A DNA stretch of 32,000 nt from positions 750,001 through 782,000 of the forward strand of contig OY776328.1 of assembly GCA_963675515.1 (NCBI GenBank), in the 5' to 3' direction. Shown here in pieces: positions 18,976 to 28,061 of the stretch. The notes below the pieces were generated by a model. The model was not told the DNA's origin and ran no database searches. It was given only the letters and a program-made list of their open reading frames with translations. The DNA comes from Coprobacillaceae bacterium (lineage in GTDB: Bacteria; Bacillota_I; Bacilli_A; Erysipelotrichales; Coprobacillaceae). The first letter of the stretch is position 1. Every line of letters starts with the position of its first letter. Position numbers and translations under genes: made by a program.

Positions 18976-20255
18976 TGAGCGAATTGACAGTAACCCCGAC
19001 AAAGTTGAAAGGCAAGATCGTCCTGCCTCCTTCGAAATCCCTGGCGCACCGGGCGATCATCTGTGCCAGCCTGGCCAAGGGGATCAGCAAGATCGACAAT
19101 ATCGAATATTCCGATGACATCAAGGCAACGATTTCGTGCATGAAGGCTTTGGGAACCAAGATCGAAGAGCATGGCGACTATGTAGTTGTCGACGGAACGA
19201 CAACGTTCACTGTTTCGAAATGCGAGATGGACTGCAATGAATCGGGATCGACCCTGCGCTTCATGGTTCCAATCGCCCTGGTCGAACAAAACAACGCCCA
19301 TTTCATCGGGCAGGGACGTCTGGGTCAGCGCCCATTGAACACATACTATGAAATATTCGAACGTCAGAAAATCGAATACATGTACAAAGAAGGTGCGTTG
19401 GATCTTTATGCGATGGGACAGCTCAAGCCAGATGTCTTCGAGATTCCCGGGGATATCTCATCGCAGTTCATTTCCGGTTTGATGTTCGCCTTGCCTTTGC
19501 TTCCGGGTGACTCGGTGATCAAGGTTTCCGGTGTCCTGGAGTCGAAAGGCTACATCGATCTTACCTTGGACATGCTCAAAGACTTCGGAATCGAGATTGA
19601 AAACAACGACTATCAAAGCTTCGCCATCAAAGGAAACCAGGCTTATCAGCCATGCGACAAGCGAGTCGAAGCCGACTTCTCCCAAGCTGCCTTCTACCTG
19701 GTGGCCAGTGCCTTAGGCAGCGACCTGGTCATCCAGGATCTGAACCTTAATTCGTCACAAGGTGACAAGATGGTTCTTGATTACCTGCTTGATATGGGCT
19801 GCGAGCTTGAACAACTGGAGGATGGAATCAGACTTACCGCCAAAAAGCTTAAGTCGATCGAAGTCGATGCCAGCCAGTGTCCTGATGTTATTCCGGTATT
19901 GTCCGTTGCTTTGGGGATGGCCAAAGGGACAAGCCATGTGAAAAACGCGAAGCGCCTGCGCATCAAGGAATGCGACCGCATCGAAGCGACAGTCGACCTG
20001 CTTTTAACCCTGGGTGGCAAAATAACCAGCGATGAAAGTTCGATGACCATAACCGGTGTCGACCACTACACCAGCGGGTCATGCCGAACTTACGATGACC
20101 ACCGCCTGGCGATGTCGATTGCAATTATCGCGACGGTCTGCCAGGGACCGGTCCATTTGGACAATAAGGAATGTGTCGGAAAATCATATCCGAAATTCTG
20201 GGATGATTACACAATGTTAGGAGGAATTATCGATGCCCGCAACGTGGAAGAGTAA
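18975..20255 (+). CDS. aroA: 3-phosphoshikimate 1-carboxyvinyltransferase (EPSP synthase)
   Basis: Motifs PPSKSLAHRAII, NESGSTLRF, RIKECDR and DDHRLAMS. I chose the ATG at 18975, which overlaps the aroB stop (TAATG). The track start is a GTG at 18969. Confidence 0.9.
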   Translation: MSELTVTPTKLKGKIVLPPSKSLAHRAIICASLAKGISKIDNIEYSDDIKATISCMKALGTKIEEHGDYVVVDGTTTFTVSKCEMDCNESGSTLRFMVPIALVEQNNAHFIGQGRLGQRPLNTYYEIFERQKIEYMYKEGALDLYAMGQLKPDVFEIPGDISSQFISGLMFALPLLPGDSVIKVSGVLESKGYIDLTLDMLKDFGIEIENNDYQSFAIKGNQAYQPCDKRVEADFSQAAFYLVASALGSDLVIQDLNLNSSQGDKMVLDYLLDMGCELEQLEDGIRLTAKKLKSIEVDASQCPDVIPVLSVALGMAKGTSHVKNAKRLRIKECDRIEATVDLLLTLGGKITSDESSMTITGVDHYTSGSCRTYDDHRLAMSIAIIATVCQGPVHLDNKECVGKSYPKFWDDYTMLGGIIDARNVEE

Positions 20256-21306
20256 TTTGGAAGTTACCATTTTTGGGGAATCACATGGCAAGGCCATCGG
20301 GGTCGTTTTGGGGAATTTCCCGGCTGGAATCAAGGTCGATGAGGAGTTTATCGCGGCGCAGATGAAAAAACGCGCACCGGGACTCAACCTGATGTCGACC
20401 AGCCGCAAGGAAGCCGACAAGGTGGAAATCATGTCGGGTGTATTCGAAGGAATGACCACCGGAGCGCCGATTTGCGGAATGATCTACAATTCGGATCAGC
20501 ATTCTAAGGATTATTCGATCCTGAAAGAAAAAATGCGCCCGGCCCACAGCGACTACCCGGCTTCAATCCGCTACAAGGGGTTCAACGATGTCCGCGGTGG
20601 CGGTCATTTCTCAGGCCGGATCACCGCACCGATTGTTTTTGCCGGAGCTTTGTGCAAGCTGGCACTTAAACAAAAAGGCATTGAAATTGTTTCGCATATC
20701 GCCCAGATAAAGGATGTGCGCGACGAACTGTTCCCGCTGGATATCACACCGGAAATGGTGGAGCGTCTGAGTGCTATGCAATATCCGGTAATCAGGGAGG
20801 GTGTCTTCGAGCAGATGGAAAAGACCATCGACGATGCCCGTCGCGGCCAGAATTCGGTCGGCGGCAAAATCGAGTGCGCCATCTTGAATGTTCCGGTTGG
20901 ACTGGGGGATCCGTTTTTTGACAGCGTCGAATCGAAAATCAGCTCATTGATGTTCTCGATTCCGGCGGTGAAATCGATTGCCTTTGGGAATGCGAACATA
21001 ACCGAACTTACCGGCAAAGAGGCAAACGACGAATATTACTACGATGAAAATCAGGATGTCAAGACCACCACGAACAACAATGGCGGAATCCTTGGAGGTA
21101 TCACCAATGGTATGCCGATCGTTTTCACTTTGGGATTGAAACCGACATCTTCGATTTCATTGAAACAAAACACCATCGACATTTTGAGTCATGAAAACAC
21201 CACTTTGGAGATTGTCGGACGCCATGACCCATGTGTTGTGTTGCGGGCAGCTGTCGTTGTGGAGGCCATGAGCGCTATTGTCGCCTTGGATCTATTGAAT
21301 GATTAA
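20233..21306 (+). CDS. aroC: chorismate synthase
   Basis: Motifs FGESHG, RPAHSDY, GGGHFSGR and GRHDPCV. The RBS is AGGAGG. The gene overlaps the end of aroA by 23 nt. Confidence 0.9.
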   Translation: MPATWKSNLEVTIFGESHGKAIGVVLGNFPAGIKVDEEFIAAQMKKRAPGLNLMSTSRKEADKVEIMSGVFEGMTTGAPICGMIYNSDQHSKDYSILKEKMRPAHSDYPASIRYKGFNDVRGGGHFSGRITAPIVFAGALCKLALKQKGIEIVSHIAQIKDVRDELFPLDITPEMVERLSAMQYPVIREGVFEQMEKTIDDARRGQNSVGGKIECAILNVPVGLGDPFFDSVESKISSLMFSIPAVKSIAFGNANITELTGKEANDEYYYDENQDVKTTTNNNGGILGGITNGMPIVFTLGLKPTSSISLKQNTIDILSHENTTLEIVGRHDPCVVLRAAVVVEAMSAIVALDLLND

Positions 21307-22408
21307 GGATCTGGCCACCACCCGGGATGAGATTGACCATATTGATGCCCAGATTGTCGCGTTGTTTGAAAAACGGATGGAGCTGGTCGAAGAGGTAATC
21401 AAATACAAGCTGACCAATGACCTGGAAATATTCCAATCCAATCGGGAAAAGGAAGTCATCCAGAAAAACATTGCCCGCTTGAAAAATCCCAAGCTGGCAA
21501 GCTACCTTGACAATTTCTTTTCCGATCTGATGAATATATCCAAATCATATCAGGCTACCTTCATCCCGCCGGTGAAAAAATATCCAAGCGCCCCAGCGGT
21601 TGAAAACCCGGTGGTCGGATATCAGGGAGTGCCTGGATCTTTTTCTTCGATGGCTATGCAAAGTTATTTCGGGGATGTAAAAAGCAAGTGCTACAAGTCT
21701 TTTCATGATGTTTTCGAGGCAATCAGAAATGATGAGGTCGATTATGGAATCCTGCCGCTTGAAAATTCCTCAACCGGAGCCATCAACGACAACTATGACC
21801 TGGTCCGCGATTACGACTTCTATATCGTGGGCGAATGCAAAATCAAGATTGAACACAATCTTCTTGGAGTCAAAGGTGCCAGGCTTGAAGATATCGATGA
21901 GGTGTTTTCGCATCCCCAAGGCTTGCTGCAAACAAGTGAGTTTTTGGAAAGCCATCCGGCAATCAAGGCGACCAGCTACTCCAATACCGCAGCCAGCGCC
22001 AAGTATGTGAGTGAAATGGGTGATCCCGCCAAGGGAGCCATCGCTTCGATCCAGGCAGGGGAACTGTACGGTCTGGATGTGATTGCCAGAAATATCGAAA
22101 ACTCAACAAGCAACACGACCCGTTTCATCGTCGTTGCCAAGAATCTTCAGGTAAGACCCGACGCCAACAACATCACCATCATCTTCACCCTGGCACATGA
22201 AGTCGGATCATTGTACAATGTGCTAAAGACTATGAAGGACCACCATCTGAACCTGACTCGCCTGGAATCGCGGCCGATTGTCGGCAAGGATTGGCAATAT
22301 TATTTCTATATCGATTTCCAGGGCAACCTTGATGACGCCAATGTCCAGGATGCGATTTCGCACCTGGGTTCACTGGCGGTCAAATTCAATGTGATAGGAA
22401 ATTATTAA
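21299..22408 (+). CDS. pheA: bifunctional chorismate mutase / prephenate dehydratase (P-protein)
   Basis: N-terminal CM_2-like helix segment RDEIDHIDAQIVALFEKRMELV. The PDT domain shows GYQGVPGSFS and TRFIVV. The ACT domain shows LTRLESRP. The gene overlaps the aroC stop by 8 nt. Confidence 0.85.
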   Translation: MIKDLATTRDEIDHIDAQIVALFEKRMELVEEVIKYKLTNDLEIFQSNREKEVIQKNIARLKNPKLASYLDNFFSDLMNISKSYQATFIPPVKKYPSAPAVENPVVGYQGVPGSFSSMAMQSYFGDVKSKCYKSFHDVFEAIRNDEVDYGILPLENSSTGAINDNYDLVRDYDFYIVGECKIKIEHNLLGVKGARLEDIDEVFSHPQGLLQTSEFLESHPAIKATSYSNTAASAKYVSEMGDPAKGAIASIQAGELYGLDVIARNIENSTSNTTRFIVVAKNLQVRPDANNITIIFTLAHEVGSLYNVLKTMKDHHLNLTRLESRPIVGKDWQYYFYIDFQGNLDDANVQDAISHLGSLAVKFNVIGNY

Positions 22409-22903
22409 ATGGGAAACATCATATTGATCGGAATGATGGGGTGTGGCAAAAGCGTCGTAGGTGCCCAGCTCGCCAAGCAACTGGAAATGGAATTTGTCGA
22501 TATGGACGAATACATCCAGGAAAAGTACCGGATGACAATACCGGAAATGTTCGACATAGGCGAGGATTTCTTTCGGGAAAGGGAAACGGCCTGCCTGAAA
22601 GATGCCAGTGAGTTTGAGGATACTGTAATTTCCTGTGGCGGTGGTGTGGTCATGCGCGATGAGAACATCGGGCTTCTTCACGGGGCTGGAACGGTCATCT
22701 ACATCGACCGTCCGGTCGACGATATCGTCCAGGATGTCGATTGCCAAAGCCGGCCCCTGCTTAAAAACGGACCGGAAAGACTTTACGAACTGGATGTGAT
22801 CCGTCGTCCCAAGTATCTCAAGGCGGCTGACCATCGGGTTAGCAACGACAGCAGCATCGATTCTACTGTAGACAAGATAATAGACATAATAAAAAAGGGC
22901 TGA
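22409..22903 (+). CDS. aroK: shikimate kinase
   Basis: Walker A LIGMMGCGKSVVG, FVDMDEYI and FRERE. The ATG directly abuts the pheA stop. Confidence 0.9.
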   Translation: MGNIILIGMMGCGKSVVGAQLAKQLEMEFVDMDEYIQEKYRMTIPEMFDIGEDFFRERETACLKDASEFEDTVISCGGGVVMRDENIGLLHGAGTVIYIDRPVDDIVQDVDCQSRPLLKNGPERLYELDVIRRPKYLKAADHRVSNDSSIDSTVDKIIDIIKKG

Positions 22904-22913
22904 GGCCCTTTTT
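22892..22913. terminator. bidirectional terminator between aroK and punA
   Basis: AAAAAGGGC-TGAG-GCCCTTTTT. The hairpin overlaps both stop codons. Confidence 0.65.
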
Positions 22914-23730
22914 ATAATGTCGCAATGATCGCTTTTATCCATCTTTCCAGCTGTGTGCCTGATTGCCGGGCCATGGCCACCACCCGCTCGTGAGAGTGGG
23001 GTCCTTTTTGGATACCGGTTGCCATGTTTGTGACACAGCCGATTGCCAGAACATCCATTCCCAGGTAGTTGGCAACGATTGTTTCCGGAACGGTGGACAT
23101 ACCGATGGCGTCGACGCCAAGCGTCCTGAAGGCGCGGATTTCAGCGGCGGTCTCGTAGCACGGACCAATAAACCCGCCATAGACTCCTTCTTGATGGTGG
23201 ATGCCTAGCTCCCGGGCACACTGTCTGGCCTTGGCGACAAGATCAGGTGCGTAAGGCTGTGACATGTCGGGAAAACGGGGTCCGAAGCGCTCATCGTTAT
23301 AGCCGACAAGGGGATTGGTTCCGGCCAGGTTGATGAAGTCGGTGATGATCATCAAGTCACCTGGTTGGAACTTTTCATTGATGGCGCCACAGGCATTGGT
23401 TATTATCAGTCTGGGGATTTCAAGGAGCTTGAAGACATAGAGGGGGAAAGTCGCCTCTTTCATTGTGAATCCTTCGTAGTAATGGAAGCGGCCTGCCATT
23501 ATAAGGGTTTTGACTCCGCGAAGTTCGCTGATGACCAGGTGGTTCTCATGGCTTGCAACGGTCGTTTTTGGGAAATTAGGGATGGAGCTGTAGTCGATCC
23601 TGACCGGGTCAATAATATTATCGACCAGATCCTGCAGCCCCGAACCCAGGATCAGGGCGACCTTGACCCCCTTTGCATATGCCTGTAGATAGTAGGCGCT
23701 CTCGCTGGCCAATTTGTAGAGATTATCCAT
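22912..23730 (-). CDS. punA: purine nucleoside phosphorylase (trimeric PunA type)
   Basis: 272 aa. Motifs ILGSGL, GRFHYYEG, NACG, GPRFPDMS, GPCYETAAE and GMSTVPE. Confidence 0.9.
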   Translation of the reverse strand: MDNLYKLASESAYYLQAYAKGVKVALILGSGLQDLVDNIIDPVRIDYSSIPNFPKTTVASHENHLVISELRGVKTLIMAGRFHYYEGFTMKEATFPLYVFKLLEIPRLIITNACGAINEKFQPGDLMIITDFINLAGTNPLVGYNDERFGPRFPDMSQPYAPDLVAKARQCARELGIHHQEGVYGGFIGPCYETAAEIRAFRTLGVDAIGMSTVPETIVANYLGMDVLAIGCVTNMATGIQKGPHSHERVVAMARQSGTQLERWIKAIIATL

Positions 23731-23874
23731 AAGGTTCTCCTTTGTCTTGGACGTGTTTCTATATTATCATTCTATGCTCTTTGTTTCTTGATGGGAACAA
23801 TTCTTTTGCATAATTGTAAAAAAAACCGGATAAAAATCCTGAATTATGTATAATTTGGTCTAGAGGTGAAAAAT

Positions 23875-24606
23875 ATGAGGAAATTGATAATAAACGCTGA
23901 TGATTTTGGCATCTCCAAGGGAGTCAGTCTTGGCATCATTGCGGCCCATGAAGACGGAGTTCTTTCGTCGACTACGGCAATGATGAATATGCCTTATGTG
24001 GAGAAGGCTTTGAAACTGGCCGCAGGGTACCCGGAACTTGGGGTGGGAATCCATCTGGTTTTGACAACGGGAGTTCCGTTGAGCGAAGAATGCAAGAGTC
24101 TGGTCGACGAGTTTGGGAAACTGCATACCCAGAAGAATGGATTCGACCACTGCGAGGTTGACCTGGTCGAACTTGAGAAGGAGTGGGAAGCCCAGATTCA
24201 AAAGTTCATTGAACTGGCGGGCAAACTGCCCACCCATATCGACAGCCATCATCATGTCCACCTGCGGAAAAATCTGATCGATGTCGCATTGAAACTGGCG
24301 CAAAAATACGACATCCCGATGCGTCAGACCACCCAGGATCTGACATCCTACCAGCCGGTTGTCTGCTTCGATGCGATGTACGATGACGATGTGAATCTCG
24401 AATATCTTAGCAGGAATCTTGACAATGCACATCCTTTTCAGGAGGTGATGTGTCATCCGGGCTATCTGGACAAGTATATTTACGAAAATTCTTCCTACAA
24501 CATCCCCCGGATTTATGAGCTGGAATTCTACACTTCGCCCCGGCTCAAGGAATATGTCAGCTCGAATTTCGAACTGGTGAACTACAGCTCAGTCAAAAAG
24601 AAGTAA
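23875..24606 (+). CDS. YdjC/ChbG-family carbohydrate deacetylase
   Basis: Motifs LIINADDFGIS and HIDSHHHVH. I chose the ATG at 23875, 6 nt after AGAGGTG. The track start is a GTG at 23866. Confidence 0.8.
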   Translation: MRKLIINADDFGISKGVSLGIIAAHEDGVLSSTTAMMNMPYVEKALKLAAGYPELGVGIHLVLTTGVPLSEECKSLVDEFGKLHTQKNGFDHCEVDLVELEKEWEAQIQKFIELAGKLPTHIDSHHHVHLRKNLIDVALKLAQKYDIPMRQTTQDLTSYQPVVCFDAMYDDDVNLEYLSRNLDNAHPFQEVMCHPGYLDKYIYENSSYNIPRIYELEFYTSPRLKEYVSSNFELVNYSSVKKK

Positions 24607-24613
24607 TTAATAA

Positions 24614-25978
24614 TCAAATCTGGCCAAGAAATGATACTAAGGCTTTATTTATATCCTTTTTGGGAATATAATTATAGTACAGTAGGTAGTTCGTTTCTTG
24701 GTTGTTTTCGTATGCGCGCATCTTGATTTTCGCCTTTCTGGCTATTTCGATGATCTCATCGGGACTTTTGTCCGAGTTGATAGTGATTCCCAGGGCGATC
24801 CCGGTGGTCCGGTTGGTGAGTCTTACGCTGCCATAGTTTTTCAGGATTCCCATTACCATTTCCAGTTTGGTGGCATAAAGCTTGCGCATTTTCTTGATGC
24901 CTTTCTGGTAGTCGCCGCTATGCATGAATTGGGCCAAAGCCAGCTGCTCGAGTTTCGAACATGTCTGGTTGTACTCATCTTTGATCTTGCTGTAATGTTC
25001 TAGGAGTGAATTGGGCAGTATCAGATAGGATATCCTGAATGACTGATACATGGTTGACGAAAAGGACCCCAGGTAGATAATCGCCTGGGAATGTTTGTCG
25101 AGTCCTTGCATTGCCGGGATCGGCTTTGACAGGTAACGGAGCTCGCTGTCATAATCGTCTTCAATGATGTATGATCTGTTTTTGTTTGCCCAGTTGATGG
25201 CCTCAATCCGCTTGTCGATGGGCATGAAAGCTCCGGTGGGAAACTGGTTCGAAGGCGCCGTGTACAAGACGCATGGGATGTTTGTGGGAAGCTGACTGAT
25301 GGCAACCCCGTCCCTGTTTACCGGAACTTTCAGAGTCGAGAAGTGGCTGTTTTTGAAAGTGTCGATGACGGGAATGTAGGAAGGGTCTTCCACGACGAAC
25401 ACGTTTAGCTCAAGCATTCTCAAAATCGCCACGACCAGGGTTGCCAATTGCTGCGTCCCGGCACCGATGACAATCTGGTCGATTGAAGCCCGGACGCCCC
25501 GCGACTGGTACAGATAACGCGATATCTCCTGGCGCAAGAAAGGTTCACCCTGGCTGGTTGACTGGTGGTTGAGACTGTCCTGGAATTCGTTGATTACCTT
25601 GTTAATGCATTTCTTGTAGCGCTCGAAGCTGAAGCACTCGCTGTCATAATAATATGGATTGTCCCCGAAAGCGCTTATGCCATGGCCTGGGTCAGTGTCA
25701 TCGACGTTTCCGCCTTTCTGGACCATATTTAGCTTCGCTTTTACATAATAACCGCTGTTGGCCTTGGAAAAGACGTAACCTTCGGCTTCGAGTTGGCTGT
25801 ACGCCTGTTCGATAGTCGTGATTGAAATCTCCAGGTTTCTGGCCAATGAGCGCAGTGATGGAAGCTTCTCATCTGGCTTGATGTCCTGGTTGAAAATGGC
25901 TTCCTTGATATAGTTGTAAATCTGGCGATAAAGAGGGGTCTTGAGATTTTTGTCGACGACAATTGTCAATTTATTCAT
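24614..25978 (-). CDS. MocR/GabR/PdxR-type regulator (GntR HTH fused to a fold-type-I aminotransferase-like domain)
   Basis: N-terminal GntR wHTH PLYRQIYNYIKEAI...LPSLRSLARNLEISITTIEQAYSQLEAEGYV. The C-terminal domain shows EDPSY, FPTG, IIEDDYDSELRY and YLGSFSSTMYQSFRISYLILP. Confidence 0.85.
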   Translation of the reverse strand: MNKLTIVVDKNLKTPLYRQIYNYIKEAIFNQDIKPDEKLPSLRSLARNLEISITTIEQAYSQLEAEGYVFSKANSGYYVKAKLNMVQKGGNVDDTDPGHGISAFGDNPYYYDSECFSFERYKKCINKVINEFQDSLNHQSTSQGEPFLRQEISRYLYQSRGVRASIDQIVIGAGTQQLATLVVAILRMLELNVFVVEDPSYIPVIDTFKNSHFSTLKVPVNRDGVAISQLPTNIPCVLYTAPSNQFPTGAFMPIDKRIEAINWANKNRSYIIEDDYDSELRYLSKPIPAMQGLDKHSQAIIYLGSFSSTMYQSFRISYLILPNSLLEHYSKIKDEYNQTCSKLEQLALAQFMHSGDYQKGIKKMRKLYATKLEMVMGILKNYGSVRLTNRTTGIALGITINSDKSPDEIIEIARKAKIKMRAYENNQETNYLLYYNYIPKKDINKALVSFLGQI

Positions 25979-26081
25979 AATTACTCCTTGAAGTGTACTG
26001 GTAAAAAAATAATATTTTGTATATTCTATCCCATACAGTATTCATATACAATGTTTTCAATCTATTTAGGAGGAATTTATT

Positions 26082-26585
26082 ATGAAAACAAAAGAACTTT
26101 CACTCAGTGCCTTATTTGTCGCATTGATCATCATTGCGACCGCCTTTATCCATATGCCTTCGGGGTTGGCTAATGGATACATCCATTTTGGAGACAGCAT
26201 GATTTTCCTGGCCATAATGTTCATCCCCAATTATCGCGGTGTGTTCGTCGGTGGTCTTGGCAGCATGCTTTCGGATGTCGTTGCCGGTTATGCTTTTTTC
26301 GCACCTTTGACATTTGTGGTTAAATTGCTGATGGGCTTGGTCTTCTTCCTGGTTATAAGAAAGAATCCGGAAAACCGGATGCAGCGAATGATCGGTTTCG
26401 TGCTTGCGGTAAGCGTTCTGGTTGCGGGATACTTCGTAGGAGAATATTTCATGTACAATTCGGTTTCAATCCCGTTGACTGAAGTTTTTGGAAATACCGT
26501 TCAGGGAATTGGCTCTGTTGTAATTTTTGAAATCGTGTATAATATTCTAAAAAGAACAGGAATCAAAGAAAAGATAGGAGAATAG
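26082..26585 (+). CDS. ECF-transporter S-component-like small membrane protein (substrate unknown)
   Basis: 167 aa with about 5-6 TM spans. The pattern YIHFGDSMIFLA...GGLGSMLSDVVAG resembles ECF substrate-capture components. The RBS is AGGAGG. The family assignment is by eye only. Confidence 0.55.
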   Translation: MKTKELSLSALFVALIIIATAFIHMPSGLANGYIHFGDSMIFLAIMFIPNYRGVFVGGLGSMLSDVVAGYAFFAPLTFVVKLLMGLVFFLVIRKNPENRMQRMIGFVLAVSVLVAGYFVGEYFMYNSVSIPLTEVFGNTVQGIGSVVIFEIVYNILKRTGIKEKIGE

Positions 26586-26587
26586 AA

Positions 26588-27127
26588 ATGCTGCAGGATA
26601 TTGAAAACGACAGTCGGATTTTGATGGATGAATTTTTGGGATTGGCAAAGCTTGAAGCTGGTGATCTGTTTGTGCTTGGTTGTTCGACCAGCGAAGTTGC
26701 CGGAGAGATGATCGGATCGCATTCGTCGGTGGACATCGCCAAGACGATCTATGAGACAGTTGCGGCTTCATTGCGGGAAATCGGGGTTTCCATCTGTGTC
26801 CAGTGCTGCGAACATCTCAACCGGGCCATTGTCATCGAGAAAGATGAGGCCATCAAACGGGGACTGGAGATTGTCAGTGTCGTGCCCCATCCCGATGCGG
26901 GTGGCGCAATGGCCACTTATGCCTATTCTAAGCTTGAAAATCCGGTTGTTGTCGAATTTGTCAAGGCTGATGCGGGCATCGATATCGGTGGGGTCCTGAT
27001 TGGAATGGCCCTCAAACATGTCGCGGTTCCAGTCCATCTGACAAAACGCAATATTCATTCAGCCCATGTTCAAGGGGCAAGGGTGCGTCCAAAATACATC
27101 GGGGGCATCCGGGCAAGATATCTCTAA
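26588..27127 (+). CDS. UPF0340 / TIGR01440 (YwlG-like) protein of unknown function
   Basis: Blocks VLGCSTSEV, QCCEHLNRA, AGG and GIDIGGVLIGM match the YwlG family as I recall it. Confidence 0.7.
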   Translation: MLQDIENDSRILMDEFLGLAKLEAGDLFVLGCSTSEVAGEMIGSHSSVDIAKTIYETVAASLREIGVSICVQCCEHLNRAIVIEKDEAIKRGLEIVSVVPHPDAGGAMATYAYSKLENPVVVEFVKADAGIDIGGVLIGMALKHVAVPVHLTKRNIHSAHVQGARVRPKYIGGIRARYL

Positions 27128-27139
27128 ACTATAGCGAAA

Positions 27140-27165
27140 GCGGCTGCTTGTGGCAGCTGTTTTTT
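27140..27165 (+). terminator. intrinsic terminator after the UPF0340 gene
   Basis: CGGCTGC (27141-27147) pairs with GCAGCTG (27153-27159), followed by a T-run. Confidence 0.65.
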
Positions 27166-27168
27166 GTG

Positions 27169-27198
27169 TTTGACATTATATTTGAATTATGGTGTAAT
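27169..27198 (+). promoter_or_regulatory. mntP promoter
   Basis: TTGACA (27169-27174), 18 nt, TGgTGTAAT (-10 at 27193-27198). Confidence 0.5.
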
Positions 27199-27221
27199 TT
27201 TTAGGATTAAAAGGAGACAAT

Positions 27222-27782
27222 ATGGCTACATTGGAAATATTTTTGCTTGCCGTGTCATTGGCGATGGATGCATTTGCGGTGTCGATATGCAAGGGTTTGA
27301 AGACGAAAAAAGTAAAATGGAATCATATGGTGCTTTCGGGCTTGTGGTTTGGCGGATTCCAGGCATTGATGCCACTGTTGGGCTTTTATTTGGGTTTGGC
27401 GTTTCAAAAGTACATTGAAACGTTCGATCACTGGATCGCGTTTGGGTTGCTTGTGCTTATCGGTATCAATATGATCAAGGAGTCAAGATCGCTCGATGAT
27501 GAAGAGGTATCCGACTCGTTTGCGATCAAATCTATGTTCCTTATGGCGGTTGCCACCAGCATCGATGCTCTCGCTGTTGGTGTGACGTTCGGTTTGATGG
27601 GTGGAATCAATATTGTTACCGCGATTGCGATTATCGGCATTACCACATTCGTGATTGCGATGACCGGAACGAAGCTGGGATGCATCGCCGGAGAGAAGCT
27701 CAAATCCCGGGCCGAACTGCTTGGCGGATTGATCCTGATCGGTCTTGGTTTCAAGATATTGATAGAACATCTCTTTATGTAA
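27222..27782 (+). CDS. mntP: manganese efflux pump MntP
   Basis: N-terminus LLAVSLAMDAFAVSI and a second repeat SIDALAVGV. 186 aa with about six TM spans. Confidence 0.85.
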   Translation: MATLEIFLLAVSLAMDAFAVSICKGLKTKKVKWNHMVLSGLWFGGFQALMPLLGFYLGLAFQKYIETFDHWIAFGLLVLIGINMIKESRSLDDEEVSDSFAIKSMFLMAVATSIDALAVGVTFGLMGGINIVTAIAIIGITTFVIAMTGTKLGCIAGEKLKSRAELLGGLILIGLGFKILIEHLFM

Positions 27783-27808
27783 AAAAACTGGCTCGCGCCA
27801 GTTTTTTG
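27781..27808. terminator. bidirectional terminator between mntP and the glycyl-radical gene
   Basis: A-run, CTGGC-TCGC-GCCAG, T-run. Confidence 0.7.
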
Positions 27809-27815
27809 CATTTGT

Positions 27816-28061
27816 TTACATTCCTTCGTGGAATGTTCTTGAGATTACATCGTTTTGTTGCTCTTTGGTCAGTTTGACAAAATTCACGGCATAGCCGCTG
27901 ACTCTCACAGTCAGTTGGGGATATTTCTCCGGATGTGCCTGGGCATCAAGCAAAGTGTCCCGATTGAAAACATTGACGTTGAGATGATGTCCCCCCTGTT
28001 CAACGTAACCATCAAGCATGTTTACCAGATTGTCGATTTGATTGTTTTTTACCATTGTCAT
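27816..28061 (-). CDS. grcA: stand-alone glycyl-radical domain protein (mini GrcA/YfiD-like, 79-81 aa)
   Basis: GGHHLNVNV...[36 protein letters not shown] matches the C-terminal glycyl-radical segment of pyruvate formate-lyase and of GrcA, including the radical glycine in RVSGYAV. It has its own RBS AAGGAGG. The second ATG at 28055 has the better spacing. Confidence 0.8.
   Translation of the reverse strand: MTMVKNNQIDNLVNMLDGYVEQGGHHLNVNVFNRDTLLDAQAHPEKYPQLTVRVSGYAVNFVKLTKEQQNDVISRTFHEGM

Noticed and set aside
24604-24616. Convergent ChbG-like and MocR genes with stops only 7 nt apart and no terminator hairpin
   Set aside because: This is a real observation, but I cannot attach a functional interpretation to it. 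Termination may occur inside the opposing genes. It does not merit a finding on sequence alone.
27128-27221. Possible yybP-ykoY (Mn2+) riboswitch upstream of mntP
   Set aside because: The space between the upstream terminator (27140-27165), the promoter (27169-27198) and the RBS leaves only a leader of about 20 nt. That is far too short for the ~100-nt four-helix riboswitch (RF00080), and I see no conserved core sequence.
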